From the NCBI GenBank assembly GCA_038741355.1, contig JAVYLC010000025.1, positions 1 to 22,963 of the forward strand: a stretch of DNA of 22,963 bases, given 5' to 3'. Both the position numbers and the translations under genes were made by a program. Position 1 is the first letter of the stretch. Every line of letters starts with the position of its first letter. Positions 8,607-15,923 of the stretch are shown here, in pieces. This DNA comes from Nitrososphaerota archaeon. GTDB lineage: Archaea; Thermoproteota; Nitrososphaeria_A; Caldarchaeales; Calditenuaceae. Below the pieces are notes generated by a model. The model was not told the origin of the DNA and made no database searches. It saw nothing but the letters and a program-made list of their open reading frames with translations.

Positions 8607-8925
8607 AGAGTATTAATGGTTGAATTATTTAACCCCCATCTCCACACGTCGCATAGTCCCCCTGACGTGGATAGGCCCCTGGTTAGAGTGGGGGGCGTCC
8701 CCCCACCAACCCCGCATAAACCTAGGGATAAGTGCAACCTTCTTTCTGAACCTACTTCGCCTTCTAGAACCATACAGGACAACATTTAAAAATTTAAGAT
8801 TCTCCTAAGAAGTCGCCCAGCCCAACCTCCCCACAACTTAAAACAAAGATTACGCTAAGTGTTCGCACTCATTATCAAATCCTCTCTAAGAAGAAGTTCA
8901 AATAACTGTACATGTATTTAATCTA

Positions 8926-9108
8926 TCTCACAAAACTATGCAGCCGGTTAGCCGTTTCGATAAATTTTCGGCTCCTTCTTGCCTCACCTTTAGGAAGCAT
9001 ATTAGTGAGCCTTCCTATGACCCTGCAAACGTTGGCGTCTACTACCGGCACATCTCGAGGGGCAAAGGTAACAATGAGGGTTCTATTGTCCTTACTTGTA
9101 TTAAGGTC
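8926..9108 (-). pseudogene. Fragment of an HhH-GPD (endonuclease III/MutY-like) DNA glycosylase gene
   Basis: The minus-strand frame reads DLNTSKDNRTLIVTFAPRDVPVVDANVCRVIGRLTNMLPKGEARRSRKFIETANRLHSFVR*. PVVDANVCRVIGRL fits the family pattern VD[TGA][HN]VxRVxxR. The frame is bounded by in-frame stops on both sides, and the upstream stop falls where the HhH GIG loop is expected. Confidence 0.35.
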
Positions 9109-9335
9109 TTAGGGAACGCTAGAATCGTGCCAGGCCATCACTGATGGCCTGATGGCCCCTCCACTATTTTCGGCCTACTGTGTCAAAGGTTATATACCGT
9201 ATCTTGTGGTGGGTATTAGAGAGCTGGTTCTCGACATATTCACCGGCATCCAGGAGGGAGTTGGTATGAGAATGGTTGAGGCTGTTATGAGGACTATCGT
9301 AGACGAAGCATCTGCTAGTGTGGCTGGTGAAGTAT

Positions 9336-10136
9336 ATGTCTGAGACCCTGAAAAGAGGTTTATACATTCCCAGAGGGCTGAGAATCAAACTATACGGTGA
9401 GGTTAGAATTCTTAGAGGATCAGGGACTATCATACGATAGAATCATAGGCTCTGTGAGGGAGAGATATGGCGTTGTATTACAAAAATCCCATATTAGCGG
9501 GTGGGTTAGGGGAATACACAGCCCATACAACGGTGCATACATACCTTCAATAAAGTTTCTAAAACCATGCAGAGAACTTGCATATATTATAGGTTATAGG
9601 TGCTGTTGCAGGTGATGGATATGTCCTGCGGCGGCGACGGCCTCGAAAATCGTACCACGATATGCATATAGGGTTGATGGTGAAGGACAAGGAATTCGTA
9701 GAAGAGTTCTCCAGGTGTCTTGCAGTAGTCTTGAAGAGAGAGCCGCCTAAACCTAGATGGGCGGGCAGACTATTCGTAGTTAAGTTACGGTGCCAAGCCT
9801 TATACCAACTCGGAGTGTAAATCGGCTTTTCTGGGATGTTTCTTCGACAGCGAAGGAAGCGTAAGTAAGGAAGGATATAAACTAGTCTATAACACCGACT
9901 TAGGATTGCTTAGATACGTCAAACAACTTCTCTCTTCTCTAGGGATAGAGACTACAGGACCACATCTTTACTCAAGGCGTGGAACAGCCTTCAGAAACCC
10001 TAGGACGGAAAAAACATATAGGACTAAGAAGGACGAATATGGGTTATATGTTACTGCTAGCTCACGGCTGGTGTTCTACAGAGTGATAGGATTCATATCG
10101 AGAGAAAGAGGCAGAGACTTGGGAAATACCTCATAA
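9336..10136 (+). pseudogene. LAGLIDADG-family homing endonuclease-like gene, multiply frameshifted
   Basis: There are four pieces in three frames. Piece 1 is 9336-9440 (MSETLKRGLYIPRGLRIKLYGEV...). Piece 2 is 9397-9615 (...LEDQGLSYDRII...SHISGWVRGIHSPYNG...RELAYIIG). Piece 3 is 9593-9820 (VIGAVAGDGYV..., LAGLIDADG motif 1). Piece 4 is 9780-10136 (...SAFLGCFFDSEGSV..., motif 2, ...LLRYVKQLLSSLGIET...). Confidence 0.75.
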
Positions 10137-10294
10137 GGACTGGGATGGCTAAAACCTCCAGCCAACCCCCTCATCTATCCCCAACAATGTTATCATACCC
10201 AGACCATCACACTATAATAATATACAAAGTAGGCTAACCCTGCGGATACGCTGAGGCCGATCCTCACCAAGCAGTGTTAGGACGAACTAAAGAT

Positions 10295-10415
10295 TCCCGG
10301 CGGCAGGATTTGAACCTGCGACCCTCCGGTCTCTGTTAGCCCGGTAGGCTGGCAAAGGCGCGGCTGGATGCCGGCCTCTACAGCCGGATGCTCTACCAGG
10401 CTGAGCTACGCCGGG
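10295..10415 (-). tRNA. tRNA-Tyr (anticodon GTA) with a 47-nt intron at the canonical 37/38 position
   Basis: The cloverleaf folds by hand. Acceptor stem is CCCGGCG/CGCCGGG with C1-G72 and discriminator A73. D-arm is GCTC-AGCCTGGTA-GAGC. Anticodon stem is TCCGG/CCGGA with loop CTGTAGA after splicing. T-arm is GCAGG-TTCAAAT-CCTGC. The mature length is 74 nt and no CCA is encoded. Confidence 0.9.
10331..10377 (-). other. tRNA-Tyr intron (bulge-helix-bulge type)
   Basis: The central 4-bp helix is CUGU (positions 32-35) paired with ACAG near the intron 3' end. It is flanked by two 3-nt AGA bulges carrying the predicted splice sites. The inner helix GGCC/GGCU is slightly relaxed. Confidence 0.7.
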
Positions 10416-10441
10416 CTCTCATTTAATCTCCCGGCATTCCC

Positions 10442-10449
10442 ATATTAAA
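10442..10449 (-). promoter_or_regulatory. TATA-like box for tRNA-Tyr
   Basis: The minus strand reads TTTAATAT about 25-32 nt upstream of tRNA position 1. Confidence 0.4.
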
Positions 10450-10470
10450 GCCTAATCCTAGTGTAACTAT

Positions 10471-11049
10471 CTATTTGAGGGCCTCTCTGGCGCCGGATAG
10501 GATATACTCAATGGCGATGGCTGCTAGGATGATGGCCATTACACGGGCAACAACATCTGCACCTACTTTCCCCAGCAGATGGTGAAGAGTATCTACCCTT
10601 CTGAGAGTGATCCAGGTGAAGAGCATCACTATTAGCACAGAAGTGATTGCCACGAGCTGGCCTGATGTGTTTATAGTTATCATAGTCGTGGTTATTGCGC
10701 CCGGTCCTACGAGTAGGGGGAAGCCTATGGGAAAGACACCCACGTCACCGGCCTTGGCTAGAAGTTTCTCACCTCCATAGATGAGGATTTGGAGGGATAG
10801 AAAGAGGAAAAGGATTCCGCCAGCAATCTTGAAGCTGTGTAGAGAGACGTTGAAGAGTGAGAGGATTTGGTGGCCGGCAAACGCGAAGAGGAGTAAAAGG
10901 GCAGAGCCGACCAGTGTGGCAAGGTTGAAGGCTCTTTTACGGCCGTCAGAGCTGAGACCGCGGGTAAGCTCAATGAGTATAGGAATATTCCCGATAGGGT
11001 CCACGACCACGAAAAGGACGATGGTGCTCTTCAGAACCTCCTCTATCAC
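10471..11049 (-). CDS. MarC-family (UPF0056) integral membrane protein
   Basis: 192 aa and about 6 transmembrane helices. The N-terminal VVVDPIGNIPILIEL and later FPIGFPLLVGPGAITT segments are typical of MarC. Confidence 0.78.
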   Translation of the reverse strand: MIEEVLKSTIVLFVVVDPIGNIPILIELTRGLSSDGRKRAFNLATLVGSALLLLFAFAGHQILSLFNVSLHSFKIAGGILFLFLSLQILIYGGEKLLAKAGDVGVFPIGFPLLVGPGAITTTMITINTSGQLVAITSVLIVMLFTWITLRRVDTLHHLLGKVGADVVARVMAIILAAIAIEYILSGAREALK

Positions 11050-11126
11050 AACAAAGTAAGCGCTGAAATTACTATGTAACCCTTAATTTGATGGCTAAAT
11101 AGAGGAGTATCAGAGTAACAATTGCT

Positions 11127-11200
11127 GCCCCGGTAGCTCAGCCAGGTAGAGCGGCCGCCTTGTAAGCGGCAGGTCGCGGGTTCAAACCCCGCCCGGGGCT
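11127..11200 (+). tRNA. tRNA-Thr (anticodon TGT)
   Basis: Acceptor stem GCCCCGG/CCGGGGC, D-arm GCTC-AGCCAGGTA-GAGC, anticodon arm GCCGC-CTTGTAA-GCGGC, T-arm GCGGG-TTCAAAC-CCCGC. A T-rich tract follows (11201-11226). Confidence 0.95.
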
Positions 11201-11406
11201 TATTTTTCTCGGTTTTCCGCTTTCCGGACATCTATCCTGTTTCTACACATTTTCTTGCCATCCACAAAACAGTTACATCTTCACAGCCCATACCCCCAAT
11301 AATAGAGGACAGCCCGGATACTCGAGTTGACTATACTGCCGTGGCTCCCTTTCTTCCGCGGTACTGTTTAAATCCTCTCAAATGTGCTTGATACATTGAG
11401 GGTTCA

Positions 11407-12372
11407 ATGCCAATACTTGTTACCGGTGCATGTGGCTTCATCGGTGCCTGGACTGTGAGGCGGCTATTAGAGCTGGGCGAGGAGGTGGTTCTGACCGATG
11501 TTTCAGGTGACTTGTCGAGGCTTAGATACGTTGTTGATGGGGCTGATAAGCTTCCATTCGTTAAAGGCGACATTGTGGGGGAGGGCTTCATAGAGAACAT
11601 AGTCAGGAGTTACGGTGTTGACGCGATAATCCACTTGGCCGCTTTCCAGATACCGCAGTGCAGGGCTGATCCTGTGAGGGGGGCTCTCGTGAATGTGATA
11701 GGCACTTTGAGGGTCTTTGAGGCGGCTAAAAAGAATCGCGGCACAGTTAGGCGCGTCGTTTATGCCAGTTCGGCCGCAGTTTTCGGGCCCCCTGAGCTCT
11801 ATGGTGAGGGGCCAGTGGCAGTAAACGTCCCTCTAAAACCGATAACACATTACGGCGCCTATAAAGTGTGCAACGAGCTGACCGCTAACGCCTATTGGCA
11901 TGAATCTGGCATCCCTAGCGTCGGTCTCAGACCACAGGTGGTCTATGGGTATGGGCGTGATGTGGGCGTGACCTCTGATGCTTCCCGCGCTATAAAGGCG
12001 GCCATAGCCCATAGGCCCTACAGGATAAGGTTTGGCGGCTTGATAGATATGCAGTATGTGGAGGATGTTGCGCATCTGTTTGCCGTCTCTGCAATTAGGG
12101 ACTTGGATGGGGCCCGGGTTTATAACGTAAGAGGGGATGTAATCAGCGTCGCAGAGCTCGTGAATCTTATAGAGGAGGCCACAGGTGTGAGGGGGCTAAT
12201 AACCTTTGAGGATAAACCCCTACCCATACCCGCCTACTTGGACGACTCTGAGACCGAGAGGGATTTAGGCCCCCTCAAGAAGACCACTGCGAAGGAAGGA
12301 ATTACAAAGACCGCGGAATTTTTCCTCAGACTTCTAAGGCGCGGAGAGCTAGATCTCAGCGACCTTAGCTAA
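11407..12372 (+). CDS. NAD-dependent epimerase/dehydratase (extended SDR family)
   Basis: 321 aa. The Rossmann motif ILVTGACGFIGAW is at the N-terminus, and the catalytic YGAYK follows ASSAAVFG. Confidence 0.85.
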   Translation: MPILVTGACGFIGAWTVRRLLELGEEVVLTDVSGDLSRLRYVVDGADKLPFVKGDIVGEGFIENIVRSYGVDAIIHLAAFQIPQCRADPVRGALVNVIGTLRVFEAAKKNRGTVRRVVYASSAAVFGPPELYGEGPVAVNVPLKPITHYGAYKVCNELTANAYWHESGIPSVGLRPQVVYGYGRDVGVTSDASRAIKAAIAHRPYRIRFGGLIDMQYVEDVAHLFAVSAIRDLDGARVYNVRGDVISVAELVNLIEEATGVRGLITFEDKPLPIPAYLDDSETERDLGPLKKTTAKEGITKTAEFFLRLLRRGELDLSDLS

Positions 12373-12412
12373 GTGAAGCGAGATTTTTATCATAACAGTT
12401 AGACAATAGGGA

Positions 12413-13618
12413 GTGATGAGCCAGTACTGGTCTGAGGACCCTATGTTGATGATACCGGGGCCATCCGAGCTGCATCCACGAGTTAGACAGGTCTTGATGG
12501 GGAGGTTTTATCCGCATTACGGCCCAGAGTGGGGTGAGATATACTGGGGAGTTGAGGAGGCTGTCAGGAAGATCTTCAGGACGAAAAACGAGGTTATAGT
12601 GATGCCAGGACCAGGAAGCCTCGGCCTGGAGCTGGGGATTGTCAACGTGGCTAATCGTGGGGATAAGGTGATCGCTCTGACCAATGGATTCTTTGGGGAT
12701 AGGTTTGCAGAGATAGCTAGCTACTGTGCGGCTGAGGTTGTGACGCTCAGCTCTCCCCCCGGATACATCGTCTCTACAGAGGTGCTTAAAGAGTGTCTGG
12801 ACAAACATCCCGACGCAGTAGCACTATTAGCCGTACAGAACGAGTCGGCCACAGGCATACTCAACCCTATACGCCAGTTTACTGAAATTGCAAAAAAGCG
12901 TGGGCTATTCACAGTTGTCGACTCTATCTCAGCCTTTGGAGGAGCCGAACTTGATGTTGATGGCTGGGGTATTGACGTCTGTGTAGGGTATCCGAACAAG
13001 TGCTTAAGTGGCGTTCCTGGCGCCCTGCCAGTCTCAATAAGCAGTGAGGTCTGGGAAAAAGTGGAGAGGGGGCTCGTCCGCCCCAACTCTTGGATGACAA
13101 ACCTCCGGGTCTGGAAATGGTACAGAAAGAACTGGGCCAGCCACGGCCATCCGTACCCCACGACTGTAAACACTTACGCTTATTTGGCCTTGAAGGTGGC
13201 CGCAGAGGTGGCGATAGAGGAGGGCTTGGAGAGGAGGTATGAGCGGCATCGAAGGGTGGCAGCTGCCTTCAGGGCCGCAATGAAGACGATGGGATTAGGA
13301 TTGGTCAGCAAGAACGAGGAGTATGCCTCGCCTACGATAACCGCGATCGAATTACCCCCCGATCTCCAGGGAAAAATTGAGCGCATAGTTGAAAAGATGC
13401 TACGAGATTATAGAATCATGATTAGCAGGGGAATCGCCGCGACAGAAGACACAGCCATAAGAGTGGGGCATATGGGCTACACGGCCAGCCCCCGATTTCT
13501 CATCCCTACACTCTCTGCGCTATATGAGACTTTAAGGTCGCTAGACTATCAAAAATGCTCGACAGGAGATGCGATAGAGGCCTTTTACGAGGAATTAAGG
13601 AGACCGCAGACCAAGTAA
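12413..13618 (+). CDS. Class V pyridoxal-phosphate aminotransferase (AGXT / serine-pyruvate aminotransferase-like)
   Basis: 401 aa with LMIPGPSELHPRV at the N-terminus. The segment VDSISAFGG...GYPNKCLSGVPG carries the probable PLP lysine. The likely start is ATG 12416; the track start is GTG 12413. Confidence 0.82.
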   Translation: MMSQYWSEDPMLMIPGPSELHPRVRQVLMGRFYPHYGPEWGEIYWGVEEAVRKIFRTKNEVIVMPGPGSLGLELGIVNVANRGDKVIALTNGFFGDRFAEIASYCAAEVVTLSSPPGYIVSTEVLKECLDKHPDAVALLAVQNESATGILNPIRQFTEIAKKRGLFTVVDSISAFGGAELDVDGWGIDVCVGYPNKCLSGVPGALPVSISSEVWEKVERGLVRPNSWMTNLRVWKWYRKNWASHGHPYPTTVNTYAYLALKVAAEVAIEEGLERRYERHRRVAAAFRAAMKTMGLGLVSKNEEYASPTITAIELPPDLQGKIERIVEKMLRDYRIMISRGIAATEDTAIRVGHMGYTASPRFLIPTLSALYETLRSLDYQKCSTGDAIEAFYEELRRPQTK

Positions 13619-13649
13619 AAAATATAGCCACCGTGTTCCAAGATTTTTT

Positions 13650-14792
13650 GTGACCATCCTTTTCGGTGAGCGGCTAAATAGGGATAGGCTCGAGAGGTAT
13701 GTAGGCGACATATCCCAAGTAGGCGGAGTATCTCCTTTCCAGCTCATAGACGGGCCTGAGAAGGGTGTAAGATGCATCAACCTCAGGACCGGCTTATTAA
13801 GCGCGACCATAGTGGTCGACCGGGCACTCGATATAGCTAATCTCGAATACAAGGGTATTCCACTGGCGTGGATTAGCCCGACAGGCATACAGGCCCCCTC
13901 ATTCTACGAACCTGAAGGTCTTAACTGGCTGAGAGGGTTTTTCGGAGGGGCACTAACAACCTGTGGCTTAACATACTTTGGGAGGCCGACCGTAGATGAA
14001 GGCGAACAACTCGGGCTACATGGGAGAATATCATACGTCCCTGCTAGGCTTAAGCTCTGTCGGGGTAGATGGGAGGGAGACGACTACGTTATGGAGATAG
14101 AGGGGGAGGTAAGGGAGGCAAAGGTCTTCGAACCCAATATCTCCCTCCACAGGAGAATTGAAGCCCGGCTGGGAGAAAGCAAGATTTTGATAAAGGACTT
14201 AGTAGTCAACAACGGGTGGTATCAACAGCCCTTCATGATTCTATACCACTTCAACTTCGGATATCCCCTACTCGGCAAGGATTCGAGACTACTTTCAACC
14301 TCTAGTCTTGTCGTACCGAGGGACGCAGACGCCACTGAGGGGGCAGAGCACTTTGATAGCTTCGAGGAGCCTCAAAGAGCTTATAGAGAGAAGGTCTTTT
14401 TCCACGACCTAGCCGTTGACCCTGATGGATATGCATATGCCGCCCTCATAAATAAGAGACTCTACAACGGCTTGGCCGCTGTCATTCGATTCAAAAAGTC
14501 AAGCCTCAACCGCCTAATAGAGTGGAAAATGATGGGAGAGGGGACTTACGTTTTGGGAATAGAACCGGCAAATGCGCTTGTGTTGGGGAGAGACGTGGAG
14601 AGGCGTTTCGGAACACTCCAGTTCCTATCGCCGCGAGAGAGCAGAGAAATTGAGATTGAGTTCAGCGTATTGGAGGGAGTTGAAGAGATAAGTGCTCTCG
14701 AGGAGAAGATATTATCCATACGAGGCCCGGAGAAGCCGAAGATACTTCGGACTGTAGAGGAGTTCGTTAACCTGACGCGTGAAACTACCTGA
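13650..14792 (+). CDS. DUF4432 / aldose-1-epimerase-like family protein
   Basis: 380 aa with a GTG start. The N-terminus (RLERYVGDISQVGGVSPFQLIDGPEKGVRCINLRTGLLSATIVVDRALDIANLEYKGIPLAWISPTG) matches my recollection of the DUF4432 pattern. The assignment is by memory only. Confidence 0.55.
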   Translation: MTILFGERLNRDRLERYVGDISQVGGVSPFQLIDGPEKGVRCINLRTGLLSATIVVDRALDIANLEYKGIPLAWISPTGIQAPSFYEPEGLNWLRGFFGGALTTCGLTYFGRPTVDEGEQLGLHGRISYVPARLKLCRGRWEGDDYVMEIEGEVREAKVFEPNISLHRRIEARLGESKILIKDLVVNNGWYQQPFMILYHFNFGYPLLGKDSRLLSTSSLVVPRDADATEGAEHFDSFEEPQRAYREKVFFHDLAVDPDGYAYAALINKRLYNGLAAVIRFKKSSLNRLIEWKMMGEGTYVLGIEPANALVLGRDVERRFGTLQFLSPRESREIEIEFSVLEGVEEISALEEKILSIRGPEKPKILRTVEEFVNLTRETT

Positions 14793-15084
14793 AGAGCTGG
14801 ACATGTTTTATGCCACCGACCTCTATGCAAGCAGACTCACACACTAACCCATCAGATATCGCCCTCGAAACCACGTCATTCCCCAACAAATTTATGATCG
14901 TTGCCCCTTCTATAGCGCTTTTAACCCCCTCCCAATCAACCCTTCTACCCATGTAAAAATCAGGACTAACAAATACCTCATATCCGTCGCGGATTCTCAG
15001 TTTCAAACCTACCAGCTCAGAGTCGCACACGGCGACAACTACCTCGCCTGTCAACGACCTATGCATCTTTAGCCAGTAAGACAT
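14785..15084 (-). CDS. DUF424-family archaeal protein
   Basis: The sequence MSYWLKMHRSLTGEVVVAVCDSELVGLKL...VSPDFYMGRRVDWEGV...ATIINLLGNDVV...GGIKHVQLFR resembles DUF424. ATG 15084 is preferred over the track TTG 15117. It has GGAG 6-7 nt upstream and an AT-rich box at 15116-15131. Confidence 0.6.
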   Translation of the reverse strand: MSYWLKMHRSLTGEVVVAVCDSELVGLKLRIRDGYEVFVSPDFYMGRRVDWEGVKSAIEGATIINLLGNDVVSRAISDGLVCESACIEVGGIKHVQLFR

Positions 15085-15159
15085 CGCAGTCTCCAAATGA
15101 TTACACCCATGAACCAAAATAAATTTTTTACACAGAATAGCAGTGGATAATCCGCGGTT

Positions 15160-15840
15160 TTAAACGAAAACCGGTACCCTGCTCATAGGCAACGCTAGAA
15201 GAATTATGAACGAGATAAGGGGCACGGTAATGTTATCATCAATCCACCTAAATTCTAGTTTCTCCACAAGTGAGGCGGCAAACCCCGCTACCGCGCCCGA
15301 GACTCCAAGCGTGAGGAGTCCGGCTGGGATACAGAAAAGAGCCATGGCTAGGTTCCCCCACGAAGACTTAGTTCTCCGGTGATAGAGCATGTTTCTCACG
15401 AGCCCAGTAATACCATCACCGACACTCATGAAAAGGATAGGCAACACACCAATAGCCAAGTTTCCCAAGAGAAATCCTAAACCCATTATCAACCCCCACA
15501 TTATTATGAAGTGAACCTCATACATGTTTTCCTTTACCTGGTACCAATACCATATTCTTCCGCTCCTGTGGGGAAGATAGTTCCCTATAGCAAGGACTGT
15601 AACAAGTATAGCAATCAATGTGAAGCTCTTAAACAGAAATGGAACGAGAATGGAGACTAGTCCCCCAGCCAATATGTGGATTATTTTCCTATTATAGTAG
15701 ACGGCTACATTCTGTTCACACCCCCTCCTCAAAAGTGCGTTGTAAATCCTCTTGCACAGATAGTGGCTTACAAACAATACCCAAACAAACAAGGCGGTGA
15801 CGTAAATAAACTCTCCCGGAGTGGGCATCGAAAGCAGCAT
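15160..15840 (-). CDS. Polytopic membrane protein, CTP-dependent polyprenol (dolichol/phytol) kinase-like (COG0170-type)
   Basis: 226 aa and about 6-7 transmembrane helices. The motifs NRKIIHILAGG, VGDGITGLVRN...RRTKSSWGN and IDDNITVPL resemble the RK..H, GD..A..G...K(S/T).eG and DN..P motifs of this family. Confidence 0.5.
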   Translation of the reverse strand: MLLSMPTPGEFIYVTALFVWVLFVSHYLCKRIYNALLRRGCEQNVAVYYNRKIIHILAGGLVSILVPFLFKSFTLIAILVTVLAIGNYLPHRSGRIWYWYQVKENMYEVHFIIMWGLIMGLGFLLGNLAIGVLPILFMSVGDGITGLVRNMLYHRRTKSSWGNLAMALFCIPAGLLTLGVSGAVAGFAASLVEKLEFRWIDDNITVPLISFIILLALPMSRVPVFV

Positions 15841-15923
15841 TAACTCTAGACTAGAAATTGTGTAAAATAATGATTATGGCTTAAGAAATTGCTTGGAGGA
15901 TAAAATAATTAGGGAGGAGAGGT

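Noticed and set aside
8690-8704. G6-CGT-C6 hairpin as a terminator or regulatory element.
   Set aside because: It lies upstream of rps12 rather than downstream of any gene, and archaeal termination relies mainly on oligo-T tracts. No function is inferable.
8313-8808. Plus-strand ORFs 8313-8789 (158 aa) and 8620-8808, and minus-strand ORF 8564-8785.
   Set aside because: The first is mostly antisense to rps12. All three overlap each other, are Pro/Leu/Arg-rich and have no motifs. Their mutual overlap argues that they are chance ORFs in the decayed interval.
9133-9157. Possible C/D-box sRNA (TGATGG and CTGA-like elements).
   Set aside because: There is no canonical RUGAUGA C box and no properly spaced D or D' boxes on either strand. 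The pattern is better described as a DNA palindrome plus tandem octamer.
9152-9343. A 63-aa plus-strand ORF whose stop overlaps the ATG of the LAGLIDADG pseudogene (ATGTCTGA).
   Set aside because: It has no recognisable motif and lies in the decayed interval. It cannot be supported as a gene from sequence alone.
8607-10415. Intact integrated element or provirus at tRNA-Tyr.
   Set aside because: There is no integrase and no direct repeat of a tRNA segment within the window. Only decayed fragments are present, so it is kept as a speculative remnant rather than a mobile_element call.
11046-11231. A 61-aa minus-strand ORF.
   Set aside because: It is the reverse complement of tRNA-Thr and its flanks, so it is an artefact.
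12365-13386. Minus-strand ORFs of 147, 150, 71 and 68 aa inside the aminotransferase gene.
   Set aside because: They are antisense to a CDS with a clear PLP-enzyme signature and have no features of their own.
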